64,000 bases of DNA from Dipteris shenzhenensis (lineage: Eukaryota), in the NCBI GenBank assembly GCA_047967505.1, contig CM106538.1. One strand, given 5' to 3'. Below are positions 49,521-61,920 of this stretch, piece by piece; position 1 is the stretch's first letter, and each line of letters begins with the position of its first letter. Below the pieces are notes generated by a model, which saw only the letters and a list, made by a program, of their open reading frames with translations, was not told where the DNA came from and ran no database searches. The position numbers and the translations under genes are program-made.

Positions 49521-52500
49521 GGGGATACAAAAATCTATATAAAGTCTTAGAGGCCCTATCCCGCTGGGTCATTGCCATAGCAGTTTCCCCCAGACTTTTC
49601 AAAAATTTTATCAAAATTCTCATAGCCCCTTGCCCTCTTCCACACAGCCACCCAACACAGTCAGTTTATGTCCAACTCTTCCTCTTCCATCGATTCTCTC
49701 GTCACTCAATTACCCTCATTCTTCCCCATGGATCCGAAAAACAAATTATTTGAATTTGAAATGGAGCTAGGGACTCCACCCTCGACCTCCTATTCCACAG
49801 GCCACCGGCCCCTTCGATTCTCAAAGCATGCCCTCGGCAACAATCCGCATGCCCTTTGGATTCCCCATCGAAGATTTGCAAGGGGAGGAGGAAATGTCTA
49901 CATGATAGGCCACCTAGGAGGGCTCGATAGTAGCAGCATGCACGCCCCCCTCAAGGTCAAGAAAGTGCACCTCGACTCCCACAAAAGGAGAATACAAAGT
50001 CGTGCGCTCCCAAATGCCCTCACCACTCGAGGAAGCCTAGCTCCAAGAATTAGATGCATGCACCATTCACTCTTGTTTTGCCTATGAGGGTGATGATTGC
50101 ACCTCCACTACCACACAGTAACAACCTATGTGACACTAAGGGAGCCAACAATGCAAGAAGCACTAACAATTGCAGGCCAGCAGAGCAGAATCGTAGACCA
50201 CCTTCCATGCCACTTGGACATGAGGCTATTGGGGGAGTTCCTTTAGGCTTACAACTTGAATACCAATGTGGGCGTCCTATGAGATGCAACGGGCACTCCC
50301 CACTACTACCACCTCAATCAAGACATGGTATGAGCCGCCCTCGATCTATCGGTCGTCAATAGCAGCAGCGGACAAGTATGCAACAAAGAAGAAGGCAGAG
50401 GCCCTCATCAAAGTCTGCCACTATGACCATAAGAAAAGCAAAGGGTGCATCCACTTCACCGAAATTATCAAGCCAGAGGTGGAAAGACCGGCAAGGGCCC
50501 TGCAGTGGTGGTGGCTGATGTAAGTAAAGCACACGGATCACCATCAGTCCATCATGCTTAACATCTTATTGTGGTTGGCAGACCCCAGGTTATGAATTGG
50601 GTAGATTATTTCAGCAACCAAATGAGGGATCACCTCAAAATACAAAAGGAGGTCATTGGCAACCCAATGCTCTCCATTGGATTCTCTACCACATGCTACA
50701 GTAGCATCTGCTTATTGAGGGCTGAATGAAAAGTCTACCATGGGATTGGCATAGTAGACAGATCTAGAAGAAGGCGAGCAAGAATAGAGCCCAATGCCAC
50801 TCTGGCCAGCTCTTGGTGCAACCGGCCCCAAGCCAGTAGTTGCTTGTGCAATACAAGGATCGACGGATGCAAGAATTCCTAGGTCATCAACTACAACTCC
50901 AACAAGTGGATCCCCTAAACAAGGGAAAAAGGGTTCAACAGGAGCCCATCTTAATTGAAGACCTCCTAGGTGACAAGAAACGATCATCATTGGCCTCCAC
51001 CCACAACAGCCAAATCCACACTAGCAACTCCTGCTATGCCCTAGGTCTCGACCTTAGCAATGGCCCATCCTCAAGAGACCACATCCTTCATCCTCTCCAT
51101 GGGCAAGCCTCGCAGAGGCTCTATAGTTTTGCAGCATGGCCCACTATTAGGCACCAAGTGGCTATAGCCATATGTCAACCGAGCAGCTCTCACGTGTCGA
51201 CTAGATGGAGTAAAACTTATTTGAACCAATGGCGTAGCTACCATAGGGGCACAAACAATTTTGCAAAGGAGGCAATAATAGGACTCAAGCTCTCAACAAC
51301 TCTTCTCCAGGCACATCTCTCCGTGCACGATAGCCACACAATGATGGTTACCACCCAAGCCCCAGGGCAAATGGCCATAAATAGAGTAGAGGAGAACAAA
51401 GCCTAAAGAGCTCAAGTTGGCAATCACAAAGCTCAAGGATGAGCTCTCTACAAGAAAATCCTTGGTACAAACACTCATGGACCAAGCCGACAAAGTGGAA
51501 TCCGGCCTTCTTAGAACAACATTAGAGCAAAAGGCACAGGTAGAGGCCCAACACGTCATGACTCAGGACAACTACAAGTGCCAGATCCAAACACTATAGG
51601 ATCTCTTGACACAAGAATAGGCACTGATGGTGTCCCTTCAAGAGTAGAATGAATGATAATGCATCCTCAGTCAACCAAAAGACTCAGGGTTGGAAGACTG
51701 AGAGCAACAATAGTTCAAAATGTAAAGGGAGGTCTCCACACAACTCGGCACTTACACACTCACACCACACACTATCCCCCATACACTCCAAATGCACTTC
51801 GATGCACTCCATGCACAAAACCTTATATTCCACCTAGATCTCACAGCCCCACTCCCTCTTAACACCCTCCAACAATCCTCTGCCACCATAACCCCAATCA
51901 TTGCCGCCCCATTCTCACCATGTCCTATTTTTCCTAAGAGCTTCAGCCCTCTATTTTCTCTCTTCTCTGCCCCTCTGATCTCTAAACTCTCACCGCCCAT
52001 CCCATTGTACTAAATTTCTAAGCCTGGTGCCGCATCATCTCACGGAGTCCACTAATTATCTCACGGACGATGATGTGATGCAAATCACAAAGCTCGAGGA
52101 ACTCAGCCCGTGGGTCCACACTCCCAAAAGTCTACAAGCCGAGATAAATTCGATGTATACCTATGGCCGAGTCTCCACAATACATTCTCAAGGGTATCTT
52201 GCGGCATACTAGTTCACCACCTACGACTCCCTCGGCATTATAATCCTTTTCAACTGGGTGCTAAAAGCTCTCCAAGACTCACTTGAGTCCTCGGTGAGCA
52301 ATTTTGAAATAATACATGTAGCATATCCTGAGGAACTAGCTGAGGAGGAAGGCCAAGAAGCCATTGCAATATTTAATTCTATGGCCCCACCTACCAAAAT
52401 CCCAAAACCACCTCCTTTGGATCCCTCCCAACCCACCTAGCAAGCCACCCAACCTCCCCTTCCTTGCACAACACTACACGAATATTCTTCCAATGCCTCT

Positions 52501-52992
52501 AACACCACCACCACACAGCATGGGACCTCCCCGTCCATCTCCTCTATGGCTCCGCCGATCGCGACCTCCCTGAAGAAGCTCTCAACACGTTGCTCAAAGC
52601 AACCAATTTTGTCTAGATGGCCAATGACACAATGCCAACAGGCACAATGGCGGATGCAAAACCCATGCACATTGAAGATGACGAGGCTTCGCAAGCTCCT
52701 CCCCCCTCCCCACCCCAAAATGTCCAATGGTGCCCTAACTTGCAGTCATTCCAAGAGCTGCTAGATAGTGCACTTATGTAGGTCCATTGGAAGTGCCAAC
52801 TCAAGGGCTCCCACCTCTACCTCTATGAAATGTTAGAGGTGTGGTGCCTCACACAATTCATCACCCAGTCTTTCGACGACTGGCGATGCGCACATCCAAA
52901 GCACACAAGAGGAGGATAAACCTTGCTCGTGATGCTCCAGTCCCACAGACTGATGCAGATGCCATTCTACGGCCTCACTAGTGCATTCCCTT

Positions 52993-54095
52993 TGTTAACA
53001 TCCACAGAGTATAGCGAATGTAGGGTAATTAGTGATTAGAGGTGATTAGGCTTCATGATTTACTTCAACAAAAAAAGCCCTGGAAGGAGTATAGCACAAA
53101 CTCAAGGAGTTTGATCCCCAAATATGCCAAGGCCAAAGATTCTAGGCAAAATGCACAGATTGTAGGTTCCAGCTAACACCTCAAGGCCAACGATTGCATG
53201 AAACATGCACATTCTGATCTACTTCAGGAGTACAGCACAAGCTCAAGGAGTTTGAGCCCCAAATACCCCATGGCCAAAGCATGCAGGCAATGTGCACAGG
53301 TGGTATGTTCTAGTTGCCACAATTGTATGTTCCAGCTACAAGCTGTGGTTAAGTGGTGTCTTGTAGAAGTTAAGCCTCGCTACTCTAGGTTTTGAGCCTA
53401 ATAAATGGGGTTTGAACCACAAATGGCTTAAGGCTTGAGGGCGCTTAGGGGATTTGAGCCCCAAATAGCCTAAGCCTTGGAGGCGCGAGGCTAACACAAG
53501 CGCTATTTGAGAATCAGTTTGGAACACCTCCTAATTCCAGGTTTGTCCCAAGTGCTCTAATATGGTTAACACAGTGCTATTTCCACTAGTAGGGAGAGAT
53601 GGAAAGAATAGCAATATGCCTTGGCACCCTACGGGCCCAAGAGCCTTTTATTATAAAGATAAGGAGAGTGCTTAAAGGAAAAGTGTTGGCCCTCCCTCCA
53701 AAAGGTGACTTGTATAAAAGGCCAAATGGTTGACTTTGGTCTTCATTGTTTTGCACAAGTTTGAATACAAGCTCCCTCTTCTCTTCCAAGAGAGTGTTTT
53801 GGGTGTTCCCTTGTTTCCATTGTAGTGCCCTTGTGTTTGCCACTCCATCCCCCTTCACTCTCCTCTTCCCTTCTCCTTATCCTTCTCCCTCCCTTATCCC
53901 CTCTCTTCTCCCCTCTCCCCATTCCCTATTTCTCTTGTGGAAACACATTGCAACAATCTGGAGGCCGCTTGAGTGACACTTGCAGATGGTGGCTCGTGCC
54001 TTGCATTACTCTCATGAGGAGTAGCTTGGAGTGGAGGCTACATCGGCATCTCTTCAACATCCCCACGACACATGAGTCACCACTGAGACCACACA
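52993..54095 (+). mobile_element. Solo LTR of the Gypsy F family nested within Gypsy F
   Basis: TGTTAACA...ACACA ends; perfect TSD CCCTT at 52988-52992 and 54096-54100; homologous to 57536-58484. Confidence 0.92.
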
Positions 54096-54180
54096 CCCTT
54101 CCTCAAAATGGAGCAATTTTGGCAGTACTACCATAGTGCCCACGTCGATCGCCGAATCCACCCCCTATACATGCCAATGG

Positions 54181-57023
54181 TGTGAAAGTGAGGGATCAAG
54201 AGGATCAAAGCACCATGAGAGAGACATAGGGTAGCAAACACTCAATCTATTGCAATGTATATGTATGCTCAACAATACATGATAGGCTTCTTATATAGAG
54301 AGAGCCTTTAGAATAGTCAAACCATGTGGGATCCTCTCATCCACATCTCTCCTTGTGGATATCCTCAATCCACATCTCCACATCTTGTAGTCCACATCCT
54401 AGGGTGGCTACTTTAATTCTTTCCTATACCATACCTTAGCCCTTTAATATATGTGCTCATGGCACCATATCTCAACACCTCCCCTTGGTGCCATGATACT
54501 TTGGCTACTGCAAGGTGGTTAGATGTGAGTTACATTCCATTACCTCCCCTTAGTGCATGCATTGCTACTTAAGGTGGTCAAGTGTGGTTTACATGTTAAT
54601 ACCTCCCCTGGGTGCTTTCATAGCTACTCTCAGGTGGTCAGGTTTGATTACAAACATATAAGCAAGGTTGTTCCATTGATGTCACCTTTTGGCTCATGGC
54701 TTGATGAGGATTCCACGTAGTTGACCTGCTGGTTCTTCAATCTGCAATCTTCTTCCTTGTGTCCCAGCTTCTTGCAATGGTGACACTTTGGTTTTGTTCT
54801 TCAATCTGTAGTCACTTTGATAGTGACCCATCCTTCCGCAATGGTAGCACTTCGTTGATGTTTTACTGAATAGTGCTTGTTCTTCATTATAGCTGTTGCG
54901 TGTAGATGGCGATGTCGATGTTGATGCCTTCAACTCTCTTTCTTTTTCAAGAAGAGAGGATACACATTCCTCAAACTTTGGATCTGGAAAATTCTTCAAA
55001 GTGGTTGTCAATGCATGATACTCTGCAAGCATGCTTTTAAGGAGAATTGCAAGTGCATCTTTCTCTCCTATCTTTGCATTTATGCCCTCTAGTTGAGTCA
55101 TAATGCTTTTGATTTTGTTGACAAATTGTGCCATGGATTCATTGAAGCCCATGTGCATACCATAGAATTCAATCTTAAGATGGATTTTTTGGTTTTTGGC
55201 TTTTGCACCAAACACTGTGTTCAACTCATCCCATGCATCCTTGGCATGATCCTTAGAGTCTATATGATGAATTATGTTTGGACCCACGTGCAAACCAATG
55301 AGTGATAGTGCTGCTTTATCTTTTTCCTTCCAAGCATCATTTTGTGTAGTGGGTATGTCTTCTTTTACAGTCTTCCAAAGCTTTTGGTGCATTAGGAGAT
55401 ATCTCATTTGTGTAGACCATGTGTGAAATCCTTCCCCAGTGAGCTTCTCAACAGTTGGGGTGCAGATTGCCATTGCAAAGGTCTTACCAATTGATGATAC
55501 TTTCAAATTTGGCAGTGTCTAATTGCATACAGAAAGTCTGAGTTGACAAGCACGTAAAGCTCAAAATACTATTTATTTTTCCTTTTTGGAGCGTGTGCAA
55601 ATTCTTTCTGGATTGAGAGTTATGCCTTGTTGAAGATTTTGTGGAGAAGAGGGGGCATGATGAGGTGGCACAGAGAGTCACATGCTACTTAGAAACCAGT
55701 GCTTAGCAGGGTACTGTGTGCTTAGGTGGCACTATGGTGACCTTTTAACCTAGCTTGGTTAACCCAAGGTTACACAAATCACCATGATTAAACTAACGCA
55801 AGCAGCTTAACCCAACCACAAGCTAATCTAAGGTCATGTGGTTGAGTGGCTTATCTACCACGTGTCCTATCAGAAAACACAAGGAAATGCAAGCTCTCAA
55901 CAGATGACGATGTGGTGAGGATGTGCTGAAGATCTAGTGGTCGACGCGGGAGTTGTAGATGCTGTTGCAGAGAAGGCCGCTTGGAGGCCACCTTGCCCGT
56001 GATGCTGGGAGGCGATGGCCAACATTGAAGGCATGCTATGAGGCTATTGCTGTTGTCAGAGCCAAGAGCATGGATATGGTGAGACTACATAGCTATGCAC
56101 TGTTGGTCTTCGGTGGCGAGGCATTGTTTGTTGGGCTTCGTCGCCTCAGGAGCTGATGCTGAGTGTGAAGCTTAGGTTGATGAGCTTCCCAAAATGTTGT
56201 CATACTGAGTCTTGAAATGGGATTGTGCTGGAACAGAGCTCCTAACTTGCTCACCGAAGCTATTGGAATCCAAAGCAAATCCAAGTCCTACGTTCTTGCC
56301 GAGATGCTTGAAGGTAAGCCTCATCACCCTCAAAAGTCATTGAAGCTGAGACCCAATCCGACGAGTTCTGTACAGGGATCGACTGATCTTTTTCCCCAAT
56401 AGTAGTAGTCTCTTTAAGCTTGGGTTGTAGAAGCATGGTGCTTTTATGCTACCATTTGTAGCTTGGCGACTGGCTGCTTGGAGATGAGAGCGGCTTTGAT
56501 AGAGGAGCCTTATGAGCCTTTTTGTCTCTCCCTCACACTATTGTAAGGTCTAGTATATCTCTCACGCTCATAAGAACAATGGATGGAGCATATGAATCTC
56601 TCTAAGGAGTTAGAAAAAAAAAATGGACTCTCTCTCAAGGAGCTAAGTCTCTATTGAAGAATAAAAGAGATCACTCAAACGAAGGATGGTGCCTTAACTA
56701 AAGATACAACCATGCTCTGATACCACGTGAAAGTGAGGGATCAAGGAGGATCAAAGCACCATGAGAGAGACATAGGGTAGCAAACACTCATTGTATTGCA
56801 ATGCATATGTATGCTCAACAATACATGATAGGCTTCTTATATAGAGAGAGCCTTTAGAATAGTCAAACCATGTGGGATCCTCTCATCCACATCTCTCCTT
56901 GTGGATATCCTCAATCCACATCTCCACATCTTGTAGTCCCCATCCTAGGGTGGCTACTTTAATTATTTCCTATACCATACCTTAGCCCTTTAATCTATGT
57001 GCTCATGGCACCATATCTCAACA
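54181..57023 (-). mobile_element. 2.84-kb gag-only Copia-derived element G (TR-GAG-like)
   Basis: LTRs 54181-54477 and 56726-57023 (~97% identical); perfect TSD AATGG; PBS 56714-56725; PPT 54478; single gag ORF, no pol. Confidence 0.95.
54694..55506 (-). CDS. Copia-type gag of element G (EKLTGEGFHTW, UBN2-type core, knuckle remnant CYHCGRMGHYQSDY)
   Basis: Open 270-codon frame; first ATG probably at MAICTP (~55473); last Cys of the knuckle changed to Tyr. Confidence 0.75.
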   Translation of the reverse strand: MKVSSIGKTFAMAICTPTVEKLTGEGFHTWSTQMRYLLMHQKLWKTVKEDIPTTQNDAWKEKDKAALSLIGLHVGPNIIHHIDSKDHAKDAWDELNTVFGAKAKNQKIHLKIEFYGMHMGFNESMAQFVNKIKSIMTQLEGINAKIGEKDALAILLKSMLAEYHALTTTLKNFPDPKFEECVSSLLEKERELKASTSTSPSTRNSYNEEQALFSKTSTKCYHCGRMGHYQSDYRLKNKTKVSPLQEAGTQGRRLQIEEPAGQLRGILIKP

Positions 57024-57535
57024 AATGGAACGATGATGGACTTGGGTAGAATTTTGAGAGCTCCATTAGAAGTCCACCCTAATATGATGTACAATTTTCC
57101 AAAGTTTAACTTCCCCAAATAAATGACTCAGGAGGGATTTTGCTTCCGCCTCCAGTCATTCCAACGACATGTACAGCTCGATACTGGATCCTGTCATTGT
57201 GGCAGCAGTTCACTTCAACCGCCTCCTCTTACTCCTCTGTGACATCCTCGCCCACAGTCACCCCATCGATGACCGCATCCACAATCTGACCAATCATATT
57301 GTCTTCAATCCCAACATCGGTCCTATGCAATGTCAGGACCTTCACCTCTACCTCCACGTCTACAATCTCCACAGACACCACATCCGCACGTATGAGGATA
57401 TGCACGCCACCCACTTTTGGAAGTATCACTCGACTTACCCCATGCTAGCTGGACCGCTATGCAGTCCTACAGATAGTCCTCACCACACACCTCCTCCAGC
57501 ATCTGAGGGTGATCAACACAATAGGAAGGGGGGCA

Positions 57536-58484
57536 TGTTAACATCCACGGAGTACAATCATAGAATGCAGGGTAATCAGTGATTAGAGGTGATTAGGCTT
57601 CATGATTTACTACAATGGTTACAGCATGGAAGGAGTACAGTACAAGCTCAGGGAGTTTGAGCCCCAAATACCCCAAGGTCAAGATTGCAGGCAACAGGCA
57701 CAAGTTGCAGGTTCTAGATCACAAGTTGCAGGTTCCAGCTCACAGATTGCAAGTTCCAGCTCACAGGTTGTAGGTTCTAGCTGCAAGCTGTGGTTAAGTG
57801 TCTCACGGGAGTTAAGCCTCGCCACTCGAGGTTTTGAGCCTCATACAGGGGGTTTGAACCCCAAATAGCTTAGGACTTGGAGGCGCGAGGCTAACATAAG
57901 TGCTATTTGGGAGCCCGTTAGGAACACCTCCTAATTCCAGGCTTGTCCCAAGTGCTCTTATATGGTTAACACAAGTGCTATTTCTACTAGTAGGGAGAGA
58001 TGAAAAGAATAGCAATATGCCTTGGCACCCTACGGGCCCAAGAGCATTTTAATGTAAAGAGAGGGAGCATGCTAAAAGGAAAAGGGTTGGCCCTCCCTTC
58101 AAAAGGTGACATGTATAAAAGGCCAAAGGGTTGACTTTGGTCTTCATTGTTGTTTGCACAAGTTGGAATACAAGCTCCCTCGTCTCTTCCAAGAGTGTTT
58201 TGGGTGTTCCCTTGTTTCTCTTGTAGTGCCCTTGTGTTTGTTACTCCATCCCCCTGCATTGTCCTCTTCCCTTCTCCTTCTCCCTCCCTTCTTCCCTATC
58301 TTCTCCCCTCTCCCCCTTTCCCTTTCTCTTGTGGAAACACATTGCAACAATCTGGGAGCCACGAGTGACACATGCGGACAACTCGTGCCTTGCATTGCTT
58401 TCACGAGGAGTAGCTTGGAGTGGAGGCTCCATTGTTATCTCTTCAACATCCCCACAACACGTGAGTCACCATTGAGACTACACA
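57536..58484 (+). repeat. 3' LTR of Gypsy F, with 21-bp U3 tandem repeats at ~57698-57790
   Basis: PPT immediately upstream; TG...CA ends; TATA gtataaaag near 58113. Confidence 0.92.
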
Positions 58485-59319
58485 TAAGTTGAGTTTGGTG
58501 ATGTGTATGGCCAGAGGATGCAAACCATAGTTGCTGAGTTTATGCAAATATTTACATCTCCCATGCTAGCTTTCAAAATTTGATGGCTGCTACTCATGTA
58601 TACCACTTCTTTTCAAACGTCCTTTTCCTACCTTGTTCTAGTAGACTCTATGCTCCTATCATTCTCCCATTTGAGTGTGCATTTTTATTTTGTTACTTCT
58701 TTCCTTTTCCTTTTCAAAAATAATTTCCTCCCTTGTTCCATGAGACTTTGTGATCCTATCACTTTTCCTCTAAGCTAACACTTTGATTTGGTATCATTGT
58801 CTTTTCCCCTCTACATGCACCTTGTTTCAATATTGCTTTTCCCCTATGCATGTAGTTTGATTTAGATTTGGGACAACCACAAGGGATCACTCGATCACTT
58901 CTTTATGTGAATCATTATCTTTCTATTTTTGGTCTCTTCACAACTAGATGGTCTATGTTATCAATCCACTTTCTTGAAAATAAGGTAGCTTATGGTATGA
59001 CATGGCTTATCATGGATTGTAAAAGAAGTAGACAAAGTCTTGCAAGAGAAGCATACAGAGGCCATGCAATAGGAAATTTAGAAAGCCCAATCAAGGTACA
59101 AGGAGACCATTGGAAGAAGAGGAAATAGATGGTCCAATATCCAAATGACAATGGAAGGCACATTTACAATGTTTGTAGAGGGAGAAACAATGTTTACAGA
59201 GGAAGAAACATTTGCAATGTTTGCAAAGGGAGAAACAATGCCATGAAAAGAAATAAGAGGTGGGGGGGGCAGGTAGAGAGAAGATAGTAGAGCAACAATA
59301 GGAGGTGCTAGTCTCTCAA

Positions 59320-59520
59320 TCCTACATGCAATTATTCATATATATGCCTCCTAGCAATTCATATATATGCATCCTATATGCCATTCCTACATGTGCATTC
59401 TACATGCCATTCCTACATGTGCATCTTATGTGAAATTCCTATATGTGCATCCTATATGCAATTCTTACATGCCATCCTATGCAATTGCCAATGCAATTTC
59501 CATATGTGATACCTACATGT
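59320..59520. repeat. Degenerate 12-13-bp minisatellite (cctacatgccatt-like)
   Basis: Repeated tcctacatg/tcctatatg units. Confidence 0.8.
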
Positions 59521-59860
59521 AGAGAGAAATTCCTAGATGCAGAGAAAACATCTCCAAACTTGTATAAATATCTCATAATGGAATGAAGTCCACACTCTTT
59601 GGGGCATTGTGTTCAATTTTGATTTGGTGTTCTTGTGAAATTGTCTCCAAAGTGTCCATGCTTGCTTGCATGATCAATGTCCAATAGCATGTCCTACCCT
59701 TGTCTGCCTTTCCCCCTTTCTCCAACCTTGTAACTCCTCCTTTCCTCCTCCTTTCCCCTCTTCTCCTCTCTTATTCTTCTTTATCTCCCCTGACCCATTT
59801 GTTCTTACACATTCCTTTCTCCCACTCCTACACTCTCCATGAACCCTTACACTTCTATAT

Positions 59861-59975
59861 TACTTCCCCAACCTGAATTCTATATTGTTATTAAAGATCT
59901 CTAAGTCCATACTAGCTACTTCCCCAACCTGAATCCTATTTTGTTATTGAAGATCTCTCAGTCCATACCAGCTAA
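59861..59975. repeat. ~56-bp tandem duplication
   Basis: tacttccccaacctgaat...gtccatac(t/c)agc x2. Confidence 0.9.
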
Positions 59976-61409
59976 TCTAATTTATTTGACACATGTTTTT
60001 TTTGTTGATAAAGCCTTATTAGAAACATGAATAGGTGGTAAATCCAAAGTAAAATAAAGTTGAGGCACTAACCTCACACATAAAACAAATGTCCCTTTTT
60101 AAAAATTGTTTAAACATTTAAAAAAAGGCCATTTGGCCCTATATGCACATAGGCATGAATTTGGGACAAATGGCTATTTTTTTGAATATTCTTTTTGGCA
60201 AAGGTAGGATTGCACCATGAATAGGTGATTTACAAGAAAAAAAAAGGCCTTCTGGCCCCTATGTGCACACAAGCATACATTTGGGCTAGATGACATTTGG
60301 CTAATTAGCACCATACATAAGTTTTCCCCCCAATTTTTTTAAATAAAAAGGGCCATTTAGATCCTATGTGCACACATACATGCACATAGGAGCTAGATGA
60401 CCCTTTTTTATAAAATTTTTGGCATAATGTCTTATTCTTGCTATTGAGAATCCATCTATAGCATTATACACATTGACATGAATTGTAGCCTTTGAGAGAG
60501 CACTTGTGTTTTCGTCTTGCTATGTTTTGGTTGCATGTGTTATGTTCACTATGTTTTGTTGTGTCTACATGCCTTGTGTGGGCAAGGGACGATGCGACTC
60601 AAGAGAGCAAGGACTATAGTGGGTGGTATTGTGTATGAGGCTGGTGAGTAGTATAGGCAACTCAGCAATAGCTGTTGTGGGGAGTTTTATGATAGGGAGA
60701 GTATGCACTACAAGGTGGAAGGAGTTTGATGGGGTGGAAGTTGGAAGGGCATTAGGAATGGGAATGTTAAGATAATAAAAGGGGAAAGGTAGTCAAGGGA
60801 GGAGGGATGTGGGCATCTAATGATGCCATGGTGCTCAAGGAGGAGACATTGATGGAGAGGCACTTGCACTTGATGGAGAGACACCACTTGAGCATCATAA
60901 AGATTTCAAGGGTGGTGTTTAATCCATTGAGATGATGTGGTGATGATGGAAGCCACGTTGGGCAAATCATGGGGGCACATAGTACCCTAGGCATGGTGGG
61001 AGTGCCGAGGTGCAAGAGGAGCATCAACCATGAGCACAAGAATGGTGGGTGTTGCACTAAGGTGGAACCAAAGTAGAGCAAAAGGGAGGTGGAAAGATGT
61101 CATGGTAAAGTGGCAACGAGGGCTAAAGTGCAAGAGGCACACCCACCATGAGCATGGAATAATGGATATTGCATTGAGGTGGCACCAACATAGAGCAAAA
61201 GGGCGGTGGCACAATGTTGTGGTAAGATGGCAAAGAGCACCCAATATAAAAGCTAAGGTTTTGTGGTGGTGGATAGCACCTAATGTGATTCTTAAGGACC
61301 TTTGGTCAAAGCAGAGGGGTGGTGCACATGTGAGAGGCAAGGAGTGCCTAATGCAATAGTCAAGGGGATGAAGGCACAATGGTAGTGTTGCAAAATGCAG
61401 TGCCCGGTG

Positions 61410-61920
61410 CATGAGGAAGAGGAGTGTGAGCCATGAGGAAGGAGGAGTTCAAGGGGGGAAGCATGGGGAACCAAAAGGGGATAGGTTAGAGAGAAGGGGT
61501 GGGAAGAGTGGATGGGAGTGGGAGTTGAGAGAGAATGAGAGAGGTGGTGGAGAGGATGAGAGAATGGGAGATAGGGGACATGAAGATAATGTGAGAGAGG
61601 GGGGGCAAAGGAGAACATGAGAGAGGGATGGAGAGGATGAGAGAATGGGAGACAAGGGGTAGGAAGAGATTGCGAGGGAATGGAAGGGGGTGGAGTAGGA
61701 ATGGGGTGATAGAATAAGAGGGAATGATAGAGTGATGGAAGACGAGGATTGAGCGGAGGTGGACTAAAAATAGGGGCAATGGATGGAAAACTGGGGGTAC
61801 CAAAAAAGAGGGAGAGTAAAAGGAGGAAAGAAGAGGGGGAGAGGGAAACAAAAGGGGAAAAAAAGATTGAAATTTGATGAAAATAAGAAGAGTTGACAAA
61901 AATAAAGTGGAAGGGGGGGG
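61410..61920 (+). repeat. Purine-rich (G/A) low-complexity tract
   Basis: About 500 bp with very few pyrimidines on the + strand. Confidence 0.8.

Larger units (their letters stand above)
45080..58484 (+). mobile_element. 5'-truncated Gypsy F with a long post-pol region
   Basis: Protease (VDAILDG), RT (VEVFLDDIC), RNase H (VHIDASN, EREGLAMVYALKKFRHYL), integrase (FKKWGIDFIGPI, broken at ~48305); PPT ggaaggggggca before the 3' LTR 57536-58484; no 5' LTR or gag seen. Confidence 0.88.

Noticed and set aside
34765-57945. ~410-bp inverted repeat pair as TIRs of a 23-kb DNA transposon
   Set aside because: Both arms are Gypsy F LTR sequence; the right one is part of a full LTR with a PPT, and no TSD is evident.
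52993-58484. Intact two-LTR non-autonomous element
   Set aside because: The left LTR has its own CCCTT TSD and no PBS after it, so it is a solo LTR; the two LTRs also differ structurally.
60060-60430. Subterminal repeats of a CACTA-type transposon
   Set aside because: Three loose ccctatgtgcacac units are present, but no terminal motif or TSD was found.
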